Shown piece by piece: positions 40,453 through 50,245 of a DNA stretch of 64,000 nucleotides (the stretch's first letter is position 1; the number at the start of each line of letters is the position of its first letter). Both the position numbers and the translations under genes were made by a program. The stretch is taken from NCBI GenBank assembly GCA_965198115.1, contig OZ240241.1, positions 6,912,001-6,976,000 of the forward strand. The letters run 5' to 3'. Below the pieces are notes generated by a model. It saw only the letters and a list, made by a program, of their open reading frames with translations, did no database searches and was not told where the DNA came from. Source of the DNA: Candidatus Latescibacterota bacterium. Lineage in GTDB: Bacteria > Latescibacterota > UBA2968.

Positions 40453-42796
40453 GTTCTGTGCGTGCGAAGTAGACGAGCCCGGCCACGAGTCCGATCGCGC
40501 TGATCAGACTGATCCAGCGGCACACGACGGCAAGCCGGTCGTAGTAGGTGAGTTCGATGCGGTGATTTCCCGGGGGAACGAGTACGCCCTGCCAGAGGTA
40601 GTTGGCTCTGAACAATTCTGTCGGTCTGTCATCCAAGGTGGCGGACCAGTGCGAGAAAAAATTCTGGCTGACGACGAGGATCTGGGCGGTCGGGGTTTCG
40701 GCCTGGATGATCAGGGACCCGTGGCGGTCGTCGAACTCGATGAGTTCGATGCGCCCTTCCGACGAGGAGGATAGGGATCTCGAGGGCACGGATTCGAGGA
40801 TGACGGTTTCGGATGGATCGAACCCTGGTTCTTTAAGTTTCTGGACAATGGCCGCTTCATCGACCTCAACCACGTGGTTCCCGACGAGGTAGAAGAAGGG
40901 AAGCGCTCCCTCGTTCCTGTAGAGGAAAGCGCCACGGTCGGTCGTGACGGAGATCAGGCCTGCAACCTGAATCTGTCGATTGCTCACGATGTACTTCGTG
41001 TTGAGCAGGTTCAGCATCTGGATGTCGTTCAAATGATCGCGTGTGATCGCATCATAGCGTCTGACGGAGAAGGGCTCGTGATAGGCGACGTCGACGAGGT
41101 CCGCATTTGTGAGTTGTAGGTTGCCGCTGACGAACACGCGGTAATGGGCCTCATCCCATCGCAGGGCCCCAGTCGTTCTGGGAAGCCGAATCTCCGGATC
41201 GGGGTAGCGGGATGGATCGATGTATCGAAGATAGGGTAGATCGACCCGCCAAGTGTCAAAGAGGATAACCGGGATTAGAAACAGAAAATACGATTGGGCC
41301 GTCAGTCGGCCGCTCGCTCTCGTGAAAGTGAGCACGAGGAGCGCACCCAGCCATAGCAGCGCCAGTCCCGCACCTTTCTGGAGGAACGGGATGTTGTTTC
41401 GAACCACGGCCGCTTTGTCGGCGGGGAGGTCACTCCAGAAGAGCTGACACCAGGTGGTCAGACCCGCCTCCGGTGCGGCGACCCAGAGCAGGAGGGGCAC
41501 GCCGAGAATGAGTGCCACAGCCCAGAGGGCTTTCCGGTCAAAAGCATCGATCTTGTCGCCCAACCGATCGAGTGTGATTCCGGCGAGGAGAATGGCGGGA
41601 AAGACGAACAGAAAGGCGATCATGCCGGGTACGCGCAGGACGTGCATGCCAGGTATGAACCGGTAGAAGAGGGCGTGCAGGGGTGTGTGGGGTCCGAGCG
41701 AGAAAGCGAGCGCGAACAGACCCAAGACGGCGAGCGGAAGAATCCTCCGGTCGTCACGGATTCGACCGAGGGATACGAGCGCCAGAGCCAGAGGGATGAG
41801 ACCGAAATATTCCGCGTTGAGTTTGAGTGGATTCCGACCCCAGTAGAGATTCTGGCGACTGTCCGGTCTGTAGAAATGGACGAATTCGGGTACGAGAAGA
41901 GACGCGATCTCTTCGGGATGGAGCGACCAAGACTGGGCGTACTCGAGTCCGACTCCTTCGCCCAGGATGCCGGCACGACGCGACTCCGTTTTCGTGTACT
42001 GATAGGCGGGAAACGTGCCCACGGCGCCGACGGCAAGCCCGATCGCAATGCCCGCCGCCGAAATCGTCGAACGCCGCACCAAACGAGTGAGGTCTTTTTC
42101 TTCGGCAAAGGCTTGGAGGACGCGCACCAGAAAAAGGAGGCCGAGTCCAAGCAGGGCGTAGTAGAGCATCTGCAAGTGGGGGGTGAAGATGCCCGCCGCG
42201 ACGGCAGCACCCAGGACGAACGGGTATAGGGGTTTGCCCGTGTCCAAACCTCGATACAGTGCCCAGACCATCAGGGGCAGGAGGCCGATGACGAGCATCT
42301 TGCCCTCCTGCCCTGGAAAAATGAAGGTCATCAGGGTGGGTGCAAAACCGTACATCAGCCCGGTGAGCCACGATGGCAGGGGCCGAAGCCCGATACCGCG
42401 TGCGCAAAGGAACATCGTGTAGGCGGCGGCGAACGTGGCGAAAAAGTAGCGCCAGCCGAGGTAGCGATGCCACGTGGTGAACAGGGAGATGACGTGTAGC
42501 GGGAAGTATTTCCCCTTCCGGAAGCCGGACATGGGTGTGCCGCCCAGATACCGGGACCAGTTCTCGGGCGCAAGGTCTCCGAGTTTTTCGCCGATCGGTT
42601 CCTTGCCGAGGTAGAATTCATTTCGTGTGTCGACGCCTTCAATCACCACATCGCTGAAGACGAAGCCCGAAAAATAAACGACGGTCAGGAACAGGAAGGT
42701 TAGGGGAACCACTCCACGTTTTGCGAGGAGAGGTTCGATGGTGCGGGTCTCAGTCGGTGCTGATCCGTCCCGACGACGGCTTCGCGTTCGGCTCAT
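40436..42796 (-). CDS. YfhO-family membrane protein (GT-C glycosyltransferase)
   Basis: Multi-TM; HLQMLYY, SWSLHPEE, YFG, LRVP, and the C-terminal ILVVSQNF, WSATLD, RANYLWQGVLVPPGNHRIELTY typical of YfhO. Confidence 0.8.
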   Translation of the reverse strand: MSRTRSRRRDGSAPTETRTIEPLLAKRGVVPLTFLFLTVVYFSGFVFSDVVIEGVDTRNEFYLGKEPIGEKLGDLAPENWSRYLGGTPMSGFRKGKYFPLHVISLFTTWHRYLGWRYFFATFAAAYTMFLCARGIGLRPLPSWLTGLMYGFAPTLMTFIFPGQEGKMLVIGLLPLMVWALYRGLDTGKPLYPFVLGAAVAAGIFTPHLQMLYYALLGLGLLFLVRVLQAFAEEKDLTRLVRRSTISAAGIAIGLAVGAVGTFPAYQYTKTESRRAGILGEGVGLEYAQSWSLHPEEIASLLVPEFVHFYRPDSRQNLYWGRNPLKLNAEYFGLIPLALALVSLGRIRDDRRILPLAVLGLFALAFSLGPHTPLHALFYRFIPGMHVLRVPGMIAFLFVFPAILLAGITLDRLGDKIDAFDRKALWAVALILGVPLLLWVAAPEAGLTTWCQLFWSDLPADKAAVVRNNIPFLQKGAGLALLWLGALLVLTFTRASGRLTAQSYFLFLIPVILFDTWRVDLPYLRYIDPSRYPDPEIRLPRTTGALRWDEAHYRVFVSGNLQLTNADLVDVAYHEPFSVRRYDAITRDHLNDIQMLNLLNTKYIVSNRQIQVAGLISVTTDRGAFLYRNEGALPFFYLVGNHVVEVDEAAIVQKLKEPGFDPSETVILESVPSRSLSSSSEGRIELIEFDDRHGSLIIQAETPTAQILVVSQNFFSHWSATLDDRPTELFRANYLWQGVLVPPGNHRIELTYYDRLAVVCRWISLISAIGLVAGLVYFARTERGQAT

Positions 42797-42806
42797 AGTC
42801 GATTCT

Positions 42807-43898
42807 TCAGGTGATCGATTCGTAGACTTTTTCCTGATCCGTCGCGATGCGGTCCCACGTGAAGTTTTCCGCCCACTTTCTGCCGGCTCGCCCGAGTCTG
42901 GCTCGCTCCTCTGTATTGGATAGCAGACGCTGCATGGCCGCAGCAAGCGCGTCGACGTCCTCGGGTTGGACGAGAATCCCGGTCTCCCCATCACGCACGG
43001 CATCCTTCAGACCGGGGATTCGTGTACCCAGGACGGGTCTCGAAGCGGCCGCTGCTTCCACCGCCGCAATGCACCACCCTTCGTAGCGGGACGGTGTGCA
43101 GAAGAAGAGGCATCTTCGGTAGAGATCCGACCGCTGCTCGTTGGTGACCGATCCCAAGAACTCGACCCGCTGAGAAATTTCCAACTCGCGTGTCGCTCGT
43201 TCGAGTTCGGCGCGAGCTTCGGGTGAACCGCGCCCGGCGATTTTCAGTTGGATGTCCGAATTCTGCCGCGCAAAGGCTCTGAGAAGGATGTCCAGACCCT
43301 TCGTATACGGGTCGAGGCGCCCGAAGTAGAGGATGTAGTCTTCCTCTTCGAGCGGATCCACAAAACACTCGTCATCGACGCCGGTGTAAACGACGTGAAG
43401 CCCGTGGGATCCCCGAATGTCGACGATGGCATCACGCACGCTCGGTGAGATGGTAAGGACGTTCGGGTAAGCCCTGAGCGTCGCGGACTCGACGTGCCTG
43501 GTCGTTCGCCCGACGAACGGATGCTTCTCTTCCGCGTGCGAGCCCATGAGGTGAAAGCATTCGAGGAGGGCCGTCTGTCTGTGTGAAGCTGCAGCGCACA
43601 AGGGCGCGAAGGCAGAGAAGCTGTAGACCCAGAGGTCGAAGTCGGCCTTCTGGACGTGCCGTGAGGCGGCGATCGAAAACGACAGACGACTCAGTGCGTA
43701 GGATACCTGGCTACCGACGCGATGGAAGCGGATACCATCCCGATTTTCGGTCTCGGGCGCTCCCGGATAGCGACCCGTCAGGATGGTGATGTCGTGGCGG
43801 GCGACGAGACGACGGCTGATCTGGAGCGTGCGCAGAGCACCTCCACCAGCCAGCCACGTGTTCCAGGGATCATCGTAGATGGTGTGCAGAATCCTCAC
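42807..43898 (-). CDS. GT4 family glycosyltransferase
   Basis: MRILHTIYDD, AGGGA, YFGRLDPYTKGLD, PSRYEGWCIAAVEA. Confidence 0.9.
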   Translation of the reverse strand: MRILHTIYDDPWNTWLAGGGALRTLQISRRLVARHDITILTGRYPGAPETENRDGIRFHRVGSQVSYALSRLSFSIAASRHVQKADFDLWVYSFSAFAPLCAAASHRQTALLECFHLMGSHAEEKHPFVGRTTRHVESATLRAYPNVLTISPSVRDAIVDIRGSHGLHVVYTGVDDECFVDPLEEEDYILYFGRLDPYTKGLDILLRAFARQNSDIQLKIAGRGSPEARAELERATRELEISQRVEFLGSVTNEQRSDLYRRCLFFCTPSRYEGWCIAAVEAAAASRPVLGTRIPGLKDAVRDGETGILVQPEDVDALAAAMQRLLSNTEERARLGRAGRKWAENFTWDRIATDQEKVYESIT

Positions 43899-44365
43899 GA
43901 TTGTGAGGCGATCTTTTCGGTCGTCGAGTGGCCGGGCAGGTAGGCAACGGTTTGAACACGCCCACCGAAAAACTCTACGATTTCTCGACCGACGATCTCG
44001 TCCCTCTTGTAGTCCGCTCCTTTGACGAGCAGATCCGGCTGGATCGCCCGGAGCAGAGCCTCCGGCGTATCTTCCTCGAAGACGACGATGTAGTCGACGG
44101 CTCTGAGAGCGGAGAGATCCGCCAACCGGTGGGTGAGTGCGTTCATAGGGCGATCGGGTCCCTTTACACGACACACCGAATCGTCGCTGTTGAGGCCCAC
44201 GATCAGCACATCGCCGAGGGCCCTTGCGGCGGAAAGACAAGCGACGTGGCCGTCGTGAAGGAGGTCGAAGCATCCGTTCGTGAAAACCACGCACGCCCCC
44301 TCGGCCTTCGACCGTTCGCGGATGCGGACCGCCTCGTTGAGTGTGACCTGCTTGTCTTGTTCCAC
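43895..44365 (-). CDS. Heptose 1-phosphate adenylyltransferase (HldE domain II / RfaE2-like)
   Basis: VFTNGCFDLLHDGH, VGLNSDDSV, KGPDRP, VKGADY, STT. Confidence 0.9.
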   Translation of the reverse strand: MEQDKQVTLNEAVRIRERSKAEGACVVFTNGCFDLLHDGHVACLSAARALGDVLIVGLNSDDSVCRVKGPDRPMNALTHRLADLSALRAVDYIVVFEEDTPEALLRAIQPDLLVKGADYKRDEIVGREIVEFFGGRVQTVAYLPGHSTTEKIASQS

Positions 44366-44372
44366 GATGGAT

Positions 44373-44960
44373 TCAGAGAACGCCTTTGGTGGACGGAATT
44401 CCCGTGACACCCGGGTCGGGCGAGACCGCCTGCCGCGCAGCCCTGGCCACCGCCTTGAAGATCGCCTCCAGGCAGTGATGGGCGTTCGACCCCCGGATGA
44501 GATCGATGTGCAGATTGAGGCGACCGTGATCGGTGAGGCTTCTGAAGAACTCTTCACCCAGTTCGGTCGGAAAGGCGCCCACGGTGGTTTCGTCCAGGTT
44601 CGCGTGATAAATCAGGTAAGGACGGCCGGAAAGGTCGACGACGGCACGCGCCAGCGCTTCGTCCATGGGCACGACGGCGCTGCCGAATCGTGTGATACCG
44701 GACTTGTCCCCGAGAGCGTCGTTGAGCGCCTGGCCGAGGCAGATGCCGATGTCCTCGACCGTGTGATGTGCGTCGATCTCGAGATCTCCCTGACAGACGA
44801 TGTCGAGATCGAACTGACTGTGCCGAGAGAAGGCGGTCAACATGTGGTCGAAGAACCCGATGCCCGATTCGATGCGGCTGGTTCCTGTCCCGTCGAGGGT
44901 CAAAGTCAGACGGATGTCGGTTTCGCTCGTTGCGCGTTGAACGTCGGCGTTGCGCGCCAT
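44373..44960 (-). CDS. hisB: Imidazoleglycerol-phosphate dehydratase
   Basis: RATSETDI, GFFDHML, HHTVED, PMDEAL, NAHHCLEAIFKA. Confidence 0.96.
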   Translation of the reverse strand: MARNADVQRATSETDIRLTLTLDGTGTSRIESGIGFFDHMLTAFSRHSQFDLDIVCQGDLEIDAHHTVEDIGICLGQALNDALGDKSGITRFGSAVVPMDEALARAVVDLSGRPYLIYHANLDETTVGAFPTELGEEFFRSLTDHGRLNLHIDLIRGSNAHHCLEAIFKAVARAARQAVSPDPGVTGIPSTKGVL

Positions 44961-44965
44961 CTGGG

Positions 44966-46369
44966 TTACCCCGTGTAGGTTGCGAAGGGGTCGGGAAGGA
45001 TGCGATCGATCTCGTCGAGCCGATAGCCGAACCCGGAACCCCGAACGGACGTCAGGTCGAGGTGGCCGTCGATTCGACGGAAGACACCTGGATGGATCTT
45101 CGCCTCGGAGCGTGACGCTTCGGGGTAGAATTGCATGCCGTTCGTTTCGAGCCCCATGACGGTACCCGCGTGTGCCGCCAGGAGGGCGTGTGTGACCTGT
45201 GACAGCATGGGGTTCGTCAAGTCCTGCACCATCAGCGTCATGCCGTGTGCGCGCGCCCAGCACAGGCTGAGAATCGCGACGGTCTGAGTCTTGCAGGTTT
45301 TGAGAGCCACACCCGTCCACCCGTGGCGCCGGCCGATTTCAAGGAGGCGCCAGTCGTGTGCGCTTTCGTCCATGAAGAGGGGCTTGCGGGCGGAGACGCT
45401 GTGCGCATCGATGGGGTTCGCTTCCAGGTCGTAGGGAAACGGTTGCTCCACATACAGAATCATCTGGGAGATCCGGGGATGATCCGCCAGCAGCCGGTCG
45501 AGGATGTCGTTCACGTAGTCGGCGCTTTGGGCCGTGCAGTTGAAGTCGGTACAGAGCCACGAGGCACCCCGATCGATCGCGATCCGGCCGATTTCGACAA
45601 TACGCTCGTAGTCCCAGCCCTCGGATTCTCCGGTCAGTTTGATTTTAAGACAGTTCAGCCCATCGGTGTGAATCCAGTCGGGGAGGACAACAGGGTAGCC
45701 ATCATCGGGTTCGTCTCCCGTGCGCTCGTCGTCGGAGAGAAGGTCGTTTCCACCGACCGAGTGCCAGGCAGCCACACGATCCTCGCGACGGGCGAGCAGG
45801 TAGTCGCTCGGGAACTGATCGTCGAAGACGATGTCGGTATCCTCGGCGGGGTCGAGGTAAGCGGCGAGAGGCTCATTCATCCATTCGGCGGTGTATGTGG
45901 CGTAGGTCGATTCACCGTGTACGTTCCCGTAGGCGTCGTGGAAAGCGAGGTCGAACGCGGAATTGGCGACGAGGGCGGCCAGCCACGGGATAGCCTCGTC
46001 GGTTCGTATCCGGTTGATTTTCTGCAGCGCCGCGGGCAACACGTCGGTGAGGAAGGCGTGACCTACTTCAATGGGATGGCCGACTCGCGCGAAGGACGCC
46101 CACCTTCGTGCGAGGTCCTCACACAACGTCGTGACGGCATCCAGGCGATCGGCAATGCTCAGGTTCGACGGCCACGCCCACTGGACGCTGAGGGGCGTCT
46201 CACCCCATCCGGAGGCGCGTCGACCGTCTCGTGTCTCCACATCGACACACACGCGAATGCACGTGACGTGGGACAACGATTCTGTTCCGAAGCGGTAGGG
46301 GATTCGGGCTTCGACGGGCAAATAGAACGCCCGCAAACCGACGACCCGAATGTCGGTGGGTTTAGCCAT
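44966..46369 (-). CDS. Enolase-superfamily (mandelate racemase/MLE-like) protein
   Basis: GWGETP, LKIKL, TDFN, VEQP, MDES and LKTCK catalytic/metal-binding motifs. Confidence 0.8.
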   Translation of the reverse strand: MAKPTDIRVVGLRAFYLPVEARIPYRFGTESLSHVTCIRVCVDVETRDGRRASGWGETPLSVQWAWPSNLSIADRLDAVTTLCEDLARRWASFARVGHPIEVGHAFLTDVLPAALQKINRIRTDEAIPWLAALVANSAFDLAFHDAYGNVHGESTYATYTAEWMNEPLAAYLDPAEDTDIVFDDQFPSDYLLARREDRVAAWHSVGGNDLLSDDERTGDEPDDGYPVVLPDWIHTDGLNCLKIKLTGESEGWDYERIVEIGRIAIDRGASWLCTDFNCTAQSADYVNDILDRLLADHPRISQMILYVEQPFPYDLEANPIDAHSVSARKPLFMDESAHDWRLLEIGRRHGWTGVALKTCKTQTVAILSLCWARAHGMTLMVQDLTNPMLSQVTHALLAAHAGTVMGLETNGMQFYPEASRSEAKIHPGVFRRIDGHLDLTSVRGSGFGYRLDEIDRILPDPFATYTG

Positions 46370-47450
46370 CGGTCGTCCCCAGGCTGTCGCGAAGCGCCTG
46401 GAGGAACGTGTCGTTTTCTTCGGGCGTGCCGACGCTTACCCGCAAACATCGGGAAAGGTTCGGATATCCAGAGACGTTCCGGATGAGAACACCCCGCTCG
46501 ATGAGGCGACTGAATATCTCGTCGGGTGTCCCGACATCGAAGAGGATGAGGTTCGCCGACGACGGGTAAGGTACGATTCCGGGGATCTGTTCCATGGCTT
46601 CGAACAGGCGGGTTCTCTCCTGTCGAATCCGATTCGCTCGGTCCTGAATCAGATCGGCGTGTTTCAGGAGCTCGAGGGCCGCGACGCGTGAGAATGTGTT
46701 GATGTCGAAGGGCACCTTCACTTTGAGGACTTCGGTCACGACTTCGGGATGCGCGATGAGGTAGCCGATTCGGATTCCGGCGCCGCCGAAAGCCTTCGAC
46801 AGCGTCCTGAGCACGACCAGGTTCGCGTAGCGATTGAGAAGGCCGGTGGCTGTCCGGTCGGTAAATTCGCCGTAGGCTTCGTCGACGACGACATACCCCT
46901 CCGTCATCTGTAGCATGACTTCGAGTGCATCATTTTGGATGTCGCAGCCGGTGGGGTTGTTTGGCGCACACAGGATGACGACGCCGGGCCGCTCGTCCGC
47001 GATCGTTCGATGCAGGGCATCCAGATCGAAACCGAATTGGTCGTCGAGCGGGACCAGCAGGGGGTGGCCTCCGCAGATCGTCGCATACTGCGCGTAGAGC
47101 GAGAAGGAGGGGCTGGGAATGACGACGCCTGTACCGGTCGTGACGGTCGTGTGCAGAAGGTGGTGGAGGAGGGTGTTTGACCCGTTCGAGACGATCAAGC
47201 GTGCGGCGTCGACCCCGGCAAAGCTCGCTAATGCCTCTACCAGGTCCGACGGCATGGGTTCGGGATAGCGCCCCCACGCCTCGTCGAAGACGAGTTCCAG
47301 TATCCGTCGCTTGAGGTCGTCGGGTAGCTCGTATGGGCTCTCGTTCTGATTCAGTTTGACCGGACAATCGTAGGTCGTCAGGTGGTATCCGGGTAGCGAT
47401 CGAAGGGACTCGCGGATCAGATGCGTCGGCGGGTTGGGTTTGCCGCCCAC
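46362..47450 (-). CDS. hisC: Histidinol-phosphate aminotransferase
   Basis: KLNQNESP, PNNPTG, VDEAYGEF, RTLSKAFG, RIGY, LRVSVG. Confidence 0.93.
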   Translation of the reverse strand: MGGKPNPPTHLIRESLRSLPGYHLTTYDCPVKLNQNESPYELPDDLKRRILELVFDEAWGRYPEPMPSDLVEALASFAGVDAARLIVSNGSNTLLHHLLHTTVTTGTGVVIPSPSFSLYAQYATICGGHPLLVPLDDQFGFDLDALHRTIADERPGVVILCAPNNPTGCDIQNDALEVMLQMTEGYVVVDEAYGEFTDRTATGLLNRYANLVVLRTLSKAFGGAGIRIGYLIAHPEVVTEVLKVKVPFDINTFSRVAALELLKHADLIQDRANRIRQERTRLFEAMEQIPGIVPYPSSANLILFDVGTPDEIFSRLIERGVLIRNVSGYPNLSRCLRVSVGTPEENDTFLQALRDSLGTTDG

Positions 47451-47453
47451 GGC

Positions 47454-48749
47454 TCAGCCGAGACGCACGCGGATGGCGTTCGCGTGGCCGTCGAGGCCCT
47501 CTGCTTCGGCCAGTGCGATGATCTGACCGCCGACTTTGGAAAGACGTTCCTCCGTGTAGGCGACGATGCTGATGTCCTTGCAGAAGGTGTCGACACCGAC
47601 CGAGGAGGCGTAGCGTGCAGCTCCGCCTGTGGGCAGAATGTGATTGGTCCCGGCAAAATAATCGCCGACCGGCTCGCTGGACGCTGAGCCGAGAAACACG
47701 GCGCCAGCGTGGCGGATACCACTTTGGACGGACCAGGGATCCGAAACGATCAACTCGACGTGCTCGGGCGCGATCTGGTTGATTAAAGAGACACCTTCCT
47801 CCAGATCCGCCACCACGAAGATGGCGCCATATCGTCCGAGGGCCTCTTCTGCCGGACCGCGGTGTGAAAGGTCGGGAAGCTGGCGCTCGATCTCCTGGCC
47901 AATCGTTTCAGCCAGGCGGGCGGACGTCGTCACACACACGGCCGCTTCGTAGCCGCTGCCGTGCTCGGCCTGGGATAGCATATCGGCGGCGACGAAGCGC
48001 GCGTCGGCGCTGTCGTCGGCGAGGACGACGATCTCGCTGGGCCCGGCGATCGTGTCGATGGCGACCGTTCCAAACACCGATTTCTTGGCGATCTGAACCG
48101 ACGGGTGCCCCGGACCGACGAGTTTGTCGACACGCTCGATCGTTTCGGTTCCGTAGGCTAATGCGGCAACGGCCTGAGCCCCGAAAACCCGATAAATCGT
48201 GTCGATACCGACGATGTGGGCGGCGGCCAACACGGACGAATGCACCTGCCCGTCGGCTTGCGGTGGCGTTGCGAGACTGAGGTGATCGACGCCGGCGACG
48301 CGTGCGGGTATGGCGGCCATCAGGACCGTGGAAAAGAGCGGAGCACTCGCTCCGGGCACGAGCAGCCCCACGCGTTCGAGGGGTATCACGCGTTTGCCGA
48401 GGATGACGCCATCTCCATCTTCCACGAACCAGGAGGTCTTCTTCTGCGATTCGTGAAATCTGCGAATGTTTCGAGCCGCAGCCTCCAGGACTTTCAAAAA
48501 CGCCGGGTCGGCTTTCTTGTAGGCCGCGGCGATGGCGTCCGGGTCTACACGGATCTGTTCTTGCGTGAGGCGGACACCGTCGAATTCCTCCGTATAGGCA
48601 AGAACCGCCTGGTCTCCGTTTTCTCGCACGTCGGAGATGATACGGAGAACACGCGCTTCGAGATCGGGTGAGACTTCGATGCTGCGACCGACGATTGCCC
48701 TTAGACGCTGGGCGGCTTGGGGGGTGCCGAGTGCGAGCGGAGCGATCAC
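47454..48749 (-). CDS. hisD: Histidinol dehydrogenase
   Basis: GAQAVAALAYG, IAGPSE, SQAEH, APEHVE, GDYFAGTNHILPT. Confidence 0.95.
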   Translation of the reverse strand: MIAPLALGTPQAAQRLRAIVGRSIEVSPDLEARVLRIISDVRENGDQAVLAYTEEFDGVRLTQEQIRVDPDAIAAAYKKADPAFLKVLEAAARNIRRFHESQKKTSWFVEDGDGVILGKRVIPLERVGLLVPGASAPLFSTVLMAAIPARVAGVDHLSLATPPQADGQVHSSVLAAAHIVGIDTIYRVFGAQAVAALAYGTETIERVDKLVGPGHPSVQIAKKSVFGTVAIDTIAGPSEIVVLADDSADARFVAADMLSQAEHGSGYEAAVCVTTSARLAETIGQEIERQLPDLSHRGPAEEALGRYGAIFVVADLEEGVSLINQIAPEHVELIVSDPWSVQSGIRHAGAVFLGSASSEPVGDYFAGTNHILPTGGAARYASSVGVDTFCKDISIVAYTEERLSKVGGQIIALAEAEGLDGHANAIRVRLG

Positions 48750-48751
48750 GG

Positions 48752-49630
48752 TCAGTAGATGACTTTGTTGAGCGGATACTCGATGATACCCGAGGCGCCG
48801 GCATCCATCAGGAGGGGGATGATATCTCTCACCGTGCTTTCGTCGACGATGACCTCGATGGCGATCCACGATTCGTCGAGCAGGTTGGAGATGGTCGGAT
48901 TCTTGAGCGCGGGAAGCTGGCTCACGACGGCTTCGAGGTTGTCGCGTCGGACGTTCATCTTGAGACCGACCTTGTCCTCGGCCTGGAAGGCGCCCACGAG
49001 GAGGGTCGCGATGCGCTGGGCCTTTTCCTTCTTCCAAGGATCTGCCCAAGCTTCCCGGTTGGCGATGAAACGTGTGGTCGTTTCGAGTACGGTGTCGATC
49101 ACACGCAACCTGTTCGCTCGAATCGAAGATCCCGTCTCCGTGAGTTCGACGATCGCGTCGACCAGCCCGCTTACACGCACCTTGGCTTCGGTCGATCCGT
49201 AAGAATACTCGACTTCGGCGTCGACGTCCTGGTCCTCAAGCCACGCCCTGGTGACCGAGACGATTTCGGTTGCGATGCGCTTGCCGTTCAGATCGGCGAC
49301 GGATGTGACCTGCGAGTCGTCGGGTACAGCGACGACCCATCGGGCAGGTTGTGAGGTGGTCTTGCTGTAGCTCAGTTCCGTGATCTCGACGACGTCGGCG
49401 TTGTTTTCGAGAATCCAGTCCTTACCCGTGAGTCCGACATCGAGGACGCCGCGCTCCACGTAGTGAGCCATTTCCTGGGCTCTTAGGAGCAACCCGTCGA
49501 GTTCGGGATCGTCGATGGACGGTGTGTAGGAACGGTAGCCGGCCCGAATCCGGTATCCGGCTCTGGCGAACAGGTTGAAAGTCGACTCCTGAAGACTGCC
49601 TGAAGGCAGCCCCACTCTGAGACGTGGCAT
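48752..49630 (-). CDS. hisG: ATP phosphoribosyltransferase (long form)
   Basis: GLPSGSL, DVGLTGKD, SYGSTE, ELTETGSS, and a C-terminal regulatory domain. Confidence 0.95.
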   Translation of the reverse strand: MPRLRVGLPSGSLQESTFNLFARAGYRIRAGYRSYTPSIDDPELDGLLLRAQEMAHYVERGVLDVGLTGKDWILENNADVVEITELSYSKTTSQPARWVVAVPDDSQVTSVADLNGKRIATEIVSVTRAWLEDQDVDAEVEYSYGSTEAKVRVSGLVDAIVELTETGSSIRANRLRVIDTVLETTTRFIANREAWADPWKKEKAQRIATLLVGAFQAEDKVGLKMNVRRDNLEAVVSQLPALKNPTISNLLDESWIAIEVIVDESTVRDIIPLLMDAGASGIIEYPLNKVIY

Positions 49631-50245
49631 GGGGTCATCTCCGTAGCTGTGTCAACGTGAAGGGGATCACCCCTCAAAGACACAGAAGGTACTCGTTTTG
49701 TTTCCAGAGGGCGGTTTTTGCGAGAAGGGAGAGGTGTTACCGCGACTGACTTTCGAGGAAGGCGATGAGCCCATTCAGCGAATTGTGGATTTCGCGGAAA
49801 TGCTGGTTTTCTTTGAAGTCACGTATCAGTTCCCACCGATCGTATTCATAGCTATCGCGAGAGTATTCTGCCGGATCGTAGTAGAACTTCAGACCCAAAG
49901 ATGAGACCTGGGGTTGTCCGTCTACCTGGGTCTTGCCGAGTTCCACTCGAACGATTTTGCCCAGAATCTGAATCTTCATCGGAACTGCCGGGATGTAGAT
50001 TTCGGTTTCACGGTTGAAACGTAGTTTGGGATAAAAGTTCAGAAGGTAGCACGTGTTCTCGAGGACCTGCATTTGCTCCTCGAAATCCATCAGTCCGTAG
50101 TCTTCGCCGAGCACATACTCCAGGAAGGTCTTAGAACTTTCGATCTTGATCCCACCGATGCTGAAGTCGACGAGGTCGGCGTGGATCCCGCCCTCTTTTC
50201 GTATGAAGTCACTCGCCCGAACTGTCATGTTTTCGGTACCGACAC

